A DNA stretch of 64,000 bases, taken from assembly GCF_032444005.1 (NCBI RefSeq), contig NC_091283.1, positions 341,062,001 through 341,126,000 of the forward strand. Direction: 5' to 3'. Position numbers and translations under genes: made by a program. Of this stretch, positions 48,381 through 60,246 are shown piece after piece (position 1 is the stretch's first letter; each line of letters opens with the position of its first letter). The DNA is from Ranitomeya imitator (taxonomy: Eukaryota). The notes under the pieces were generated by a model. The model saw nothing but the letters and a program-made list of their open reading frames with translations. It was not told the origin of the DNA and made no database searches.

Positions 48381-48661
48381 ACAATATGGTACCATCCACC
48401 CCACTGACAACCTCACAGCTAATTTATAAATACTCACTTATCCCCATTCTTGGTACAGATACTAATGAACCCAAGATCTATGAGATATTTACCACACAAT
48501 AGTTAGATAGGCAGGAGTGTATCATCCATAACGGTAGCCAACTCGGTCGCTATTGTGGCTTGTAACAAAAGTTATGTACCGCCACATGTAACCGAAAAGT
48601 TCCTGACTCTGCATAATGCAGAAGAAGCATTCATAAAGTGTTGTGCCTGCTTTCTGATGTA

Positions 48662-49198
48662 CAGCTCTAGCAAAAATTAAGAGACCACCACATCAATCCC
48701 CTGCCATGGGCAGCCCAATCTCCAGACCAGAACCCCATTGAAAACCTCTGGAATGTAATCAAGAGGATGATGGATAGTCACAAGCCATCAAACAAAGAAG
48801 AACTGCTTAAAGTTTTGCGCCAGAAGCAGTGTGAAAGACTGGTGGAAAGCATGCCAAGACGCATGAAAGCTGTGATTAAAAATCATGGTTATTCCACAAA
48901 ATATTGATTTCCGAACTCTTCCTGAGTTAAAACATTAGCATTCTTGTTTCTAAATGATTATGAACTTGTTTTGTTTGCATTATTTGAGGTCTCAAAGCAC
49001 TGTTTGTTTGTTTTAATTTTGACCATTTTTCTTTGTTAGAAAAAAAATACAAAAATTATTGCTTGGAAATTCGGATACATGTTGTCAAAAGTTTATAGAA
49101 TAAAAGAACAATTTACATTTCACTCAAAAATATACCTATGAAGAGAAAAATCAGACAAACAACATTTTGCAATGGTCTCTTATTTTTTGCAAGAGCTG
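48662..49198 (+). mobile_element. Internally deleted Tc1 derivative (family E, copy 1)
   Basis: TA TSDs; CAGCTCT(A/G)GCAAAAATTAAGAGACC TIR; retains only the transposase tail (WAAQSPDQNPIENLW...YSTKY). Confidence 0.88.
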
Positions 49199-50094
49199 TA
49201 CATACTTCTCGTCAAGTTTTGTTAAGTAAAGGAAAGCTTATTTTTGAACATTGATCTCCTTCATTCATTTCCATACCATCTGGTCCAACCCTGCCAAGTA
49301 CAACAGTAGCATGCGGTCTGCAGAGTCTGGAAATATGATTCCACCAAATATGTACACCGTGCTACAAATTATTATGCAAATTATATTGTTCTTGGATTTT
49401 CCTAAATGGTCAGTGCAATGACAGTCAGTCTAATAAAAGTCATCACCCGTTAGAGTATATGTCGAATTTTATTGAAAAAAACTCCCAATGATAACAGTAT
49501 AATCTCCAAAATGAATGAAAACTCAAAATGCACTGTTCCAAATTATTAGCCACAGTAGAATTTCTAAACATTTGATATCTATAATATAACGCTGGGAGCG
49601 TCACTCTGTCCGAAGCCTTTATAGACTGCGCAAGCGCCGGCGCAGTCTGGGCCTCACAGAGTGACGCTCCCGGGAGATCGCGGTATGCGTTAACACTGAA
49701 CGCACACCGTGATCTCCAACAGAGAAGCAGGGACCGCCAGGAGGGTGAGTATCGGCTATATTCACCTGTCCTCCGTTCCACCGCTGTGCGCCGCCATCTT
49801 TCCGGTCCTCGGCCTGTGACCTTCAGTTCAGAGGGCGCGATGACGCGCTTAATGCGCGCCGGCGCCGCCCTCTGACTGACCAGTCACAGCCAGAGGACCG
49901 GAAAGATGGCGGTGCACAGCGGTGGAACGGGGCCAGGTGAATATAGTAAGTGCTGGGGGGCCTGAGCTGGCGGCGATATTGGCACCTGACCCCCACAGCG
50001 CGCCGGTGTCCCCGCCTGCTCAGGCCCCCCAGCACTCGGCGCCCAGCGACGATAGGTGAGTATGGTATTTTTTTTTTATATATTGCAGCAGCAT

Positions 50095-51010
50095 ACGGGG
50101 CATATAGAATGGAGCATGTTAAGGGGGCCATCAACCATAATGGAGCAGTGTACGGGGGCATATAGAATGGAGCATGTTAAGGGGGCCATCAACCATAATG
50201 GAGCAGTGTACGGGGGCATATAGAATGGAGCATGTTAAGGGGGCCATCAACCATAATGGAGCAGTGTACGGGGGCTTATAGAATGGAGCATGTTAAGGGG
50301 GCCATCAACCATAATGGAGCAGTGTACGGGGGCATATAGAATGGAGCATGTTAAGGGGGCCATCAACCATAATGGAGCAGTGTACGGGGGCATATAGTAT
50401 GGAGCATCTTATGGGGGCCATAAACCTTTATGGAACAGCGTACGGGCATACACTATGGAGCATCTTATGGGGGCCATAAACCATAATGGAGCAGTGTACG
50501 GGGGCATATACAATGGAGCATCTTATGGGGCCATAAACCATAATGGAGCAGTGTACGGGGGCATATACCATGGAGCATCTTATGGGGGCCATAAACCTTT
50601 ATGGAAAAGCGTACGGGGCATACACTATGGAGCATCTTATGGGGGCCATCAACCATAATGGAGCAGTGTACGGGAGCATATACAATGGAGCATCTTATGG
50701 GGCCATAAACCATAATGGAGCAGTGTACGGGGGCATATACCATGGAGCATCTTAAGGGGGCCATAAACCTTTATGGAACAGCGTACGGGGCATACACTAT
50801 GGAGCATCTTATGGGGGCCATAAACAATAATGGAGCAGTGTACGGGGCATATACTATGGAGCATCTTATGGGGGCCATAAACCATAATGGAGCAGTGTAT
50901 GGGGGCATATAGAATGGAGCATGTTAAGGGGGCCATCAACCATAATGGAGCAGTGTACAGGGGCATATACTATGGAGCATTTTATGGGGGCCATAAACCT
51001 TTATGGAGCA
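50095..51010. repeat. ~58-59-bp minisatellite inside the Helitron
   Basis: atggagcat(g/c)tta(a/t)gggggccat(c/a)aaccataatggagcagtgtacgggggcatat units. Confidence 0.93.
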
Positions 51011-51019
51011 GCGTATGGG

Positions 51020-51610
51020 GCATATGGATGGGAGCAGCAAATTAAAGAACGGTGGCGCAGGATGGGAGCAGCACATAACAGAACGGGGGCGCAGGATGGG
51101 AGCAGCACATGACAGAATAGGGCAGCACATGACAGAACGGGGGTGCAGGATGGGAGCAGCACATGATAGAATGGGGGCGCAGGATGGGAGCAGCACATGA
51201 TAGAACGGGGGCGCAGGATGGGAGCAGCACATGACAGAACGGGGGCGCAGGATGGGAGCAGCACGTGACAGAACGGGGGCGCAGGATGGAAGCAGCACAT
51301 GACAGAACGGGGGCGCAGGATGAGAGCAACACATGACAGGATAGGGGCGCAGGATGGGAGCAGCAAATTACAGGATGGGGGCGCAGGATGGGTGCAGCAC
51401 ATGACAGGATGGGGACGCAGGATGGGTGCAGCACATGACAGGATGGGGACGCAGGATGGGTGCAGCACATGACAGGATGGGGAAGCAGGATGGGTGCAGC
51501 ACATGACAGGATGGGGACGCAGGATGGGTGCAGCACATGACAGGATGGGGACGTAGGATGGAGCAGCACATGACAGGATAGGGACGCAGGATGGAACAGC
51601 ACATACCAGG
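51020..51610. repeat. ~33-bp minisatellite inside the Helitron
   Basis: ggcgcaggatgggagcagcacatgacagaacgg units. Confidence 0.92.
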
Positions 51611-53459
51611 ATGGGGACCATATACCAATATAAATGCTCGCCACCCGGGCGTAGAACGGGTTCAATAGCTAGTGTTTTAAATAACTGAAAATGCTCATTT
51701 GTGGAATTTGCAGCATTAGGAGGTCACATTCACTGAACAAAAAACTATTTAACTCCAAAACATCCTAACAGGTCAAGTTACATGTTAACATAGGACCCCT
51801 TCTTTGATATCACCTTCACAATTCTTGCATCTATTGAACTTGTGAGTTTTTGGAGAGTTTCTGCTTGTATTTCTTTGCATGAAGTCAGAATTGCTTCCCA
51901 GAGCTGCTGTTTTGATGTGAACTGCCTCCCACCGTCATAGATCTTTTGCTTGATGATACTCTAAAGGTTTTCTATAGGGTTGAGGTCAGGGGAAGATGGT
52001 GGCCACACCATGAGCTTATCTCCTTTTACGCCCATAGCAGCAAATGACTCAGAGGTATTCTTTGCAACATGAGATGGTGCATTGTCATGCATGAAGATGA
52101 TTTTGCTCCTGAAGGCACGTTTCTGCTTTTTATACCATGGAAGAAAGTTGTCAGTCAGAAACTCTATATACTTTGCAGCAGTCATTTTCACAGCTTCAGC
52201 AATCTTAAAGGGCCCTACCAGCTGTTTTCCCATGATTCCGGCCCATAGTGGCCATCCACCAACCATCCACTTCTCCATCCATCTGGACCATCCAGGGTTG
52301 CTCGATACTCATCAGTAAACAAGACTGTTTGAAAATTAGTCTTCATGTATATCTGGGCCCACTGCAACCGTTTCTGCCTGTGAACACTGTTTAGGGGTGG
52401 CCGAATACTAGGTTTATGCACCACAGCAAGCCTTTGAAGGATCCAGCACCTTGAGGTTCGAGGGACTCCAGAGGCATCAGCAGCGTCAAATAACTGTTTG
52501 CTGCTTTGTAATGGTATTTTGGCAGCTGCTCTCTTAATCCAATGAATTTGTCAGGCAGAAACCTTCCTCATTATGCCTTTATCTACATGAACTCTGTCTG
52601 TGCTCTGTTTCAGTCACAAATCTCTTCACAGTATGATGATCACTCTTAAGTTTTCATGAAATATCTAATATTTTCATACCTTGTCCAAGCATTGCACTAT
52701 TTAACTCTTTTCAGCAGCAGAGAGATCCTTTTTACTTCCCATATTGCTTAAACCTGTGACCTGTTTTCTTGTAATATAGGAAAGCCTAAGGTCAGAAATA
52801 AACCCCAAAAATCACTGTACATGGAGATTTTGTAATCAGATAATTTCTGTCCTTTGTGTTTGTGGAAACAAAAAAGCTTTTATAAAAGCCTCAAACTTCT
52901 GTGTGTGAATCAGACCTGAGATCTAACGTGATAGAAGATTACAGTGTGGGGAAGACGGGAAACCTTCATATAGACGGCCGGTGGTGATGGAGTCAGTGAC
53001 GGACTCTGGACAAATATGTTTCTAGAGCCGTAGTAGAAGATGAAGATGTCGTCCTCATCATGAAGTAGTTATTTCTCATGTCACGTGTAATGAATATTTC
53101 CTGCAGTATTGCTAAAGCCGATTCCAGTGTCGGTAAATGAAATGAGAATTAGTGTTATGGAAGATGAGTCTATGAGCAACGAATTCAGCTGCCGACTCCA
53201 AGGAGGAAATTGCTTGTTGTCTGTGGCCTAAAATATATAGGATTTATTAGTAGATGTAGAGAAGAAAACAAAATATTTTGTAAAATAATAAATCGCCTCA
53301 TATGTTTCCCTTATTATCTCCAGTAATTGTATTATTACACAGGATTTTTCTGATGTTACATCGACTCATCTTCTCTTTCAGGTCTCTACAATATCGGATC
53401 CTCTCAGTGATGATCTTCTATATTAGAACATTTTTCTGATTTACCCATCAAGGATTGAT

Positions 53460-53531
53460 ATGGACAGAGACAAGATGGCGGAGAGGATATTACACCTCAC
53501 CCTAGAGATCCTCTTCTGGCTTACAGGAGAG
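53460..53531 (+). CDS. ZNF gene 2, first coding exon (MDRDKMAERILHLTLEILFWLTGE)
   Basis: Acceptor at 53380-81 (exon starts 53382); ATG at 53460; donor GAG|GTGAGA at 53531/32. Confidence 0.82.
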
Positions 53532-53602
53532 GTGAGAGATTCTGATGAGAGGTAGGGACTCTGTCTGTAGTGAGATTTATTAATGTGTCTCTCCATAACC
53601 AG

Positions 53603-53782
53603 GATTACACAGTAGTGAAGAAGACCTCTAGTGATCGCTGTCAGGACCCTGTGTCTGAGGGATGGGGAAGACCCCTGAGCCCAATCACGGGGCCTTCACC
53701 TCACCCCCTAGTACATGAGCACATCAATGACCAGAAGATCCTAGAACTCACTTACAAGATGATTGAGCTGCTGACTGGAGAG
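53603..53782 (+). CDS. ZNF gene 2, coding exon 2 (DYTVVKK...KILELTYKMIELLTGE)
   Basis: CAG|GAT acceptor; 180 nt, phase 0; GAG|GTGACA donor. Confidence 0.88.
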
Positions 53783-53865
53783 GTGACACTGCTGGGAAGG
53801 CTGGGACATTATTTAGTAATGCTATGAAGGGATCGGGGGGATGACAGTATCATTGTATGTGTCAG

Positions 53866-53989
53866 GTTCCTATAAGGTGTCAGGATGTCACTGTCTATTT
53901 CTCCATGGAGGAATGGGAGTACTTAGAAGCTCACAAATATGTGTACAAGGATGTTGTGATGGACGTTCCCCAGCCCCTCACATCATCAG
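53866..53989 (+). CDS. ZNF gene 2, coding exon 3, KRAB-A-like ([20 protein letters not shown]...)
   Basis: CAG|GTT acceptor; 124 nt; G|GTAATA donor; [14 protein letters not shown] matches the KRAB-A motif DVxxxFxxEEWxxL. Confidence 0.9.
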
Positions 53990-54072
53990 GTAATACACAG
54001 GACTAAATGCACACGGACTATAGTTATCTGTATGTAAGGAATTAATTCAGTCCCTCTATGTGTTTCCTCCAG

Positions 54073-54170
54073 ATCTATCCAGTAAGAGGACAACACCAGA
54101 GAGATGTCCCCATCCTCTTCTTCCACTGGATTGTAAACAAGAAGATCCCAATTTTCCTCAGGATCATCAG
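54073..54170 (+). CDS. ZNF gene 2, coding exon 4 (DLSSKRTTPERCP...QDHQ)
   Basis: CAG|ATC acceptor, phase 1; 98 nt; CAG|GTAGAT donor. Confidence 0.87.
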
Positions 54171-54389
54171 GTAGATGGAGAGAAGGTGTCGTGAGATCTC
54201 CCCGATGATGTGTAGACGGCTGTGAAGGTCTTATGCTCAATCTTGTTTTATCCACCAGCATTGTATGTTTTATACTTAGAATCAAAGTTTCAGTTATATT
54301 CCATTGCTCCTCAGGTTTCCATGTGTAAATTAGAAAAAGGATGATCCCGCTGCACTGTGACATCCCTTCAGATATTTGTAGACCGTTAC

Positions 54390-54647
54390 TAAGTTTTCTC
54401 TTAGCCTTCTTTTTTGCAAGCTAATTATTCTCAGATCCTTTAACCGTTCCTCATAGGACATGCTTTGCAGTCTGCTGACCATCCTAGTAGCTCTTCTCTG
54501 AACTTGCTCCCACTTTTCAATGTTTTTTTGTTAAATGTGGTTCCCAGAACTGGACACATTATTCCGAAAAGATCTGACCAAGGAGTAGACGAGAATAGTT
54601 ACGTGATGTGATGTAGACTCTATGCTTCTCTTAATACATCCCAGAAC
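54390..54647 (-). mobile_element. Old CR1 ORF2 3' fragment in intron 4
   Basis: VLGCIKRSI...EQVQRRATRMV...YEERLKDL...KRRLR, homologous to the end of the intact ORF2. Confidence 0.75.
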
Positions 54648-54728
54648 TTGTGTAATGAGAACAGTGGAGATGGCAGGATTAGAGCTGACCATAGATGTGA
54701 CTTCTCCGTCTGTCTTTCACTTTTACAG

Positions 54729-54831
54729 TATTTGTTCGGGGGTGAAGATCTAACCCATATTAATACTACAGAGACATATGTGAGGAGTGATGAGTGGTGT
54801 AAAGAGGAGATTCCTACATATGACTATCCAG
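54729..54831 (+). CDS. ZNF gene 2, coding exon 5 (YLFGGEDLTHIN...IPTYDYP)
   Basis: CAG|TAT acceptor; 103 nt; G|GTGAGT donor in phase 1, the same phase as the finger-exon acceptor at 3318. Confidence 0.87.
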
Positions 54832-54960
54832 GTGAGTAGTGACCACTAAATGCAGAGAAGTAATAGATTCTTCTCAGTCACCAGCTGGGACCACTTTATC
54901 GGTGGAGTAGTCTGGCCTTATCACAATTGTGCAATCACCAGTTTTCCTCTAGACCACAAC

Positions 54961-55580
54961 TGTCATGGTGTGATCCGACCCAATGGGTGGTCAATGGACG
55001 GCACAACTCACAAACAACGAAATGGAAAAGGTGAGAGGAAGGCTCTACCATAGAGAATGGGGGATGGTCACCACCTGAGCTCAAACCTGAGCCTGTCCCT
55101 GCACTACCCTAACTCCCTATGCGGGTCCTTCTCCCCACCGCTGTCAGAATACCTTGTCCCTAGTAGTCACCTAATATTGCCCTGGCTAGTGCACTGGCCG
55201 GCAAGGAGCACTAGACTCACCTCTGCAGATAATACACACGGGGAAAGTGACAACACCAAAATGGACAAGGTAACAAAAACACCACAAACAACACAGCAAC
55301 TGGACTCCAATCATTTGACGTGGCTGACACCAGATAGCTGCTTCTGCTAGTCTGGTCTCCAAAAAGAAACTCTATCACCAACAGTCAGCTGATGCATCAG
55401 GTGACCTTTTAAAGAATGCTGGGAGTGGTCACCACCTGCATCAGCTGACCCAGCAGCACTGCAGTAACATCAGATAGCCAGCGGGGAAAAACTGACATTA
55501 ACCCCCGATAGTCCAAATGGAAAAAAGTTTAAAACTGAGTGGAACCAGAGTTGCCACAAATCCAAAAATGGATTGTGACA
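54961..55580. mobile_element. Solo LTR
   Basis: TGTCA...TGACA termini; ACAAC TSD at 54956-60 and 55581-85. Confidence 0.9.
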
Positions 55581-57082
55581 ACAACATTCTCCTCAGCCAA
55601 ACTCTGTTCAAATGACTTTGGACACTGAAAGTGCTTTTCTATAGAATTTACAACCTGGAAGATCCACCTACTTCAAATAGGAGATGCTGACTGTTACCTG
55701 CCCAGATCTGTAAACTACAAAGCCAAATGACAGCGTACATAGAATGTGCTGATGAGATAGAATATTACTTAAAGAAAAATATTATGATGGACATGTAAGA
55801 AAAAGAGGAGGGTAATGATGTTGTTCGCTTCCTAGATCCCTGATATCTTATTGGATGAATCTACCGTCTCTCCCTTCTGTGATACTGAATGTGCTCATAT
55901 GATCCCTACAAGACCAGGTCCAGACTTTCTGGCCAAACTTCGCTTTTATGATCAACAAACATGAAATGTCCAGTGAGGGTCAAGTGTGAATTTCTGTACA
56001 ATAACAATAGAGTTTCCCTTTATCCTGACTTTTCAGTTTATTTTAAAACCGACTAATTTCAAACAGGATTGCAATAAACTACTGTAGAGGTTTGTACTCG
56101 CTCAGCTGCGGTTTGAGGTAGGCACAGGAAACGGTTTCATAAGAAAATGTCCGGTCAGGTTTATTAGCGTCATAAACCTGTTTAAGAACAAGCAAACAAG
56201 GATAGCCTTCCCCAGCACAAAGTGTAACAAACTGAAAATAACTAGTCTATATAGTACAGTGGGTCTGCCCTCTTAGGTCAGTGTCTTTAGCAACACACAC
56301 TGGAGGTCTCTACATCTCCAGCCACAAACACTGAATGAGACACTCGGCCTCCATTTTATCTGCCAAACCATGCCCCAGGGGTTGGGGATATGTGAGCAGT
56401 CATTCCCACCCATCCCTTATGACTGCTCGTAAAACCTTGCCCTGGAATGGCCTGATAACTCTCTCAGCACTATATGTGTTCTGGAGCAAGCTTCCGAGCT
56501 CACATCATCGCATCTAATAGCCACGATGACACATATCTCCCCTCAAGGACTCGTCTGGCAGCCATCTTACATACCCACCCCCTCTGCCTAAAGCTGGGGG
56601 GCTTGGCACCTTCTGCCAACAAACAGTGGAACCTGCATTGCCATGCAGTTTAACTGACCTATGCTCCACATGGAAGGTAAAATCCTGAAGTGCTAGGAAC
56701 CACCTGGTCACTTGGGCATTGTTCCCTTTCTTCTCCATCATCCACTTCAGTGGGGCATGGTCTGACACTAGTCTGAGCCTCCTGCCTAAGAGATAGTACC
56801 ATAGAGAGTCCAATGCCCACTTGATGGCTAAACATTCCTTCTACACTATGGAACAGTTTTTCTCACAGGATGACAACTCCCGGTTAAGATACATTATGGG
56901 TTGCTTTTCCCCATTCACCTCTTGAGATAAGACAGCGCCCAGTCCGTCATCTGACGCATCCATCTGGACCACAAACTCCTTGTAGAAATCGAGTGCTACC
57001 ATCACCGCCTGTTTACACAGGGCCAGCTTCAGTTCCCGGAAGGCCATCTCAGCTTCTGGAGACCACTTAGCCATAGCCGACT

Positions 57083-58194
57083 TGGAACACCCCAGGTAAC
57101 CGGCTGTTACAGTGATTTTGCCTTCCTTTTGGGGAGGGTGAAGTCATGCCTGGAGGCAAGGAGGATTCCCTTTAACAGATAGCACATCTACATGTAGCAC
57201 ATTCTGAATCCAGAAGAAGGGGAAGCTCTGAAACTGGATTCAGGGGAGCTTCCCCCAGGTATAGATATTCTGGTCTGGAGGAGGTGTTAGAGAGTTGGTC
57301 CAGGAAGACAAGAGCAGACAGTGAAGGAGAGAGGAGTGGAGAGTGGAGCCATGCAGCCACGTGTGGTGCTGCAGCTCCAGGACAGAAGAGAACCAGATGG
57401 GATGCATTGATAGCAAATGTCAGAAGGGAGAAGCAAAGGAGAACAAAGGAGTTTGGACTATGATTGGGCACCCTCTGAGCTGAAGTGCAGGAACCAGGCA
57501 CTGGAAGCCCGAGGCTGTGTAGTGCTTCACGACACACAGCAGAACCGAAGGGCAGAAGAATTTATGTATTCTGTCCGCACCCACACCCAAAGGTGCAGCA
57601 GTACACAGAGCCCGGGTCATGATAGAGACCCTGTAAAAAGGCTCGCATTGCCCACCATGTGGGTACTGTCCCAGGACAGGAGAGAGAGAGGACTTTGTAA
57701 GGGAGCCACAGGCAGCAAGGACCTCGCATAAGAGCGCGAGACGGAAGGCTTACAAACCTCACCTGGGAGAGGGATTCATCATTGCCTCCAGGCCGACCGG
57801 ACCACAACAACGCCAGTTGCCATTACCCTAGACGGAGACTGTCTACCTTCAGTAAACCAGGTAAAGAGACTGCAACTCTGTGTCCTCCATTTATTCCTGG
57901 CACCACACCATTCTTGCCATACACACCAGAAGCTTCACCTGTGGGAAGCGTTACCATCTTTGCCGCAGTACCATCGCCCCAGAGGACCCCTTTAAACAGC
58001 GTTGGTCACTCCTGACTGAGTACCACAGGTGGTGTCACGTCACGAAATGTTATTACTTTACATACCCCTTTAAAGACCGTCCCTTTTACTTGGGCGCCCA
58101 GGGCCATGGACCGGGTCGCAACCACCGTGACCACCCCTTTAATAATGACCAGACCCGGTATACCAAGTACCCCAAGGCCCTGGCGGGCGTTCCA
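57083..58194. mobile_element. Solo LTR nested in the pol of Gmr1 copy B
   Basis: TGGAACACCC...GGGCGTTCCA termini; GACT TSD at 57079-82 and 58195-98; removal rejoins the pol sequence. Confidence 0.88.
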
Positions 58195-59840
58195 GACTTT
58201 GTCCCTTCAAGGAGGTCTGTCAGAAAGGTGGCTACCATGGCGAAGTTTGGGATAAACTGGTGGTAATAGCCCACAATTCCCAGGAATGCCCTGACCTGCT
58301 TTTTTGAGAGAGGTTGTGGCCAGCCCTGGATCGCCTCAACTTGATTTTTCTGGGTCTTTATTTCCCCCCTGCCTACAACTTAGCCCTACTATCTCGCTTC
58401 CTCCAATCCCAAGATGCATTTCTTTGGGTTTATGAAAAACCCTGCCTTCCATAGAGCATCAAATATCGCCTGGATCTTGGTCAGATGGCTTCCCTAATCC
58501 TGGCTGAAGATCATAATATCGTCCAGGTAGGCCACTGCGTACCACTTGTGGGGATCTAGGATCCGGTCCATGGCTCTTTGGAATGTTGGTGTATAGGAAG
58601 CATCCATCTGGCGCTGAAAAGGCAGTCTTCTCCATAGCGTCTTGTGACATGGGAATTTGACAATACCCTTTTGGAAGGTCAAGGCTAGTAATATACCGAG
58701 CCTGCCCTAGCCTCTCAAGTATCTCATCAACCTGTGTCATTGGGTGTGCATCAGATTTTGAATTTTCATTCAGCTTCCTATAGTCACTGCAAAATCGCCA
58801 TTTTGTTTTGGCACTAGGACTATTGGACTGGACCAGTCACTTGGAATCCTCAATGACTCCCAGGCTCAGCATTCGCGTCACCTTCTTTGAGATCACATCT
58901 CGGTGGGCTTCAGGAATCCGATAAGGCTTCAAGTTGACCCAAACATGAAGCTCCGTCAAGACTTCGTGCTTTATGACCTTCGTACAACCTGGAATTTCCA
59001 AGAACAGATCTTTGTTACGCTGTAGCAACTCTTGGCACTGCTGCTTCTGTGAGAGAGACAAGGTGTCTGCTACCTTAACATCCTCTGCACTGACATCAGA
59101 CTTGGCCAGCAGACAAGGAACGTCCATGGGTTCTCTGTGTCCTTCCACAGTTTAATCAGGTTCACGTGGTACAACTGGTAGGGCTTCCACTTCCCTGGTT
59201 GGTGGATTTTGTAGTTAACATCACCAACTTTCTCCTACCTCATAGGGATCCTGCCACTTGGCCAGGAATTTGGTCTCCACCATGGGTACCAGCACAAGTA
59301 CGTTATCCCCTGAGCCTTGAGGAGGTGCTACTTCACAATGGGCATCACCTTGGCCATCCTCTTTGCATCAGGGTGACATGCTCTACCGTGCTTCTATAGG
59401 GGTGGTTTCAACTTCACAGGACTCCTTTCGCCACATCCAGGGGTGCCTGAGGGTGTCATCCATAGAGCAGTTCAAATAGGGAGACGCTGGTGGAAGCTTT
59501 GGGAACTTCACTGATGATGAACAACAGTTAATTAAGCAGACAGTCCCAGTCTCAGCCGTCCTTCGCCACTGCTTATTTAGCATCGCTTTCAAAGTTTTGT
59601 TAAACCTCTCCACCAGTCCATCTGTCTGGGAATGTATACTGATGTTCTGAGCTGGGAAATCTGCAGGGCCTTGCACAACTCCCTCATGACCTTTGACATG
59701 AATGGTCCATTAGTATCTCCTTCAGCAGCCCGGTTTGGGAGAAGATATGGACTAGCTCCCTAGAGATACACTTGGCAGAGGCATTTCTTAAGGGTACCAC
59801 CTCTGGATACCGAGTTGCATAATCTAGGATCACCAATATA

Positions 59841-60246
59841 CAGCTCTGGCAAAAATTAAGAGACCACCACATCAAAACCCTATCATGGGCAGCCCAAACT
59901 CCCGACCTGAACCCCATTGAAAACCTCTGGAATGTAATCAAGAGGATGATGGACGCATGAAAGCTGTGATTAAAAATCATGGTTATGCCACAAAATATTG
60001 ATTTCTGAACGCTTCCTGAGTTAAAACATTAGTATTGTCTGAAAGCACTGTTTTGTTTTTTAATTTTGACCATTTTTCTTTGTCAGAAAAAAATGCAAAA
60101 TGTATTGCTTGGAGCTTTGGAGACATGTTGTCAGTAGTTTATAGAATAAAAGAACAATTTACATTTTACTCAAAAATATACCTATAAAGAGAAAAATTAG
60201 ACAAACTGAACATTTTGCAGTGGTCTATTAATTTTTTCCAGAGCTG
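59841..60246 (+). mobile_element. Internally deleted Tc1 derivative (family E, copy 2) nested in the integrase
   Basis: TA TSD at 59839-40 and 60247-48; same TIR and same left deletion junction as 48662-49198. Confidence 0.88.

Larger units (their letters stand above)
49578..51672 (+). mobile_element. Complete non-autonomous Helitron
   Basis: Inserted between A (49577) and T (51673); 5' TCTAT; 3' hairpin cccgggcgtagaacggg then CTAG at 51669-72; no TSD. Confidence 0.88.
49355..52770 (-). mobile_element. Tc1-like DD37E (TRT-type) transposon, decayed and split by a Helitron
   Basis: ta|caccgtgctacaaattattatgcaa terminus; ATG at 52742; LFTDE, MHDNAPSH...SPDLNPIE with 37-residue spacing. Confidence 0.82.

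Noticed and set aside
50455-51665. Cys/Pro-rich and repetitive ORFs
   Set aside because: Artefacts of the Helitron-internal minisatellites.
3318-54831. Joining the 53-55 kb exons and the 3.3-kb finger exon into one gene
   Set aside because: The order on the same strand is reversed; they are best explained as parts of two tandem paralogues, barring misassembly at the N-gaps.
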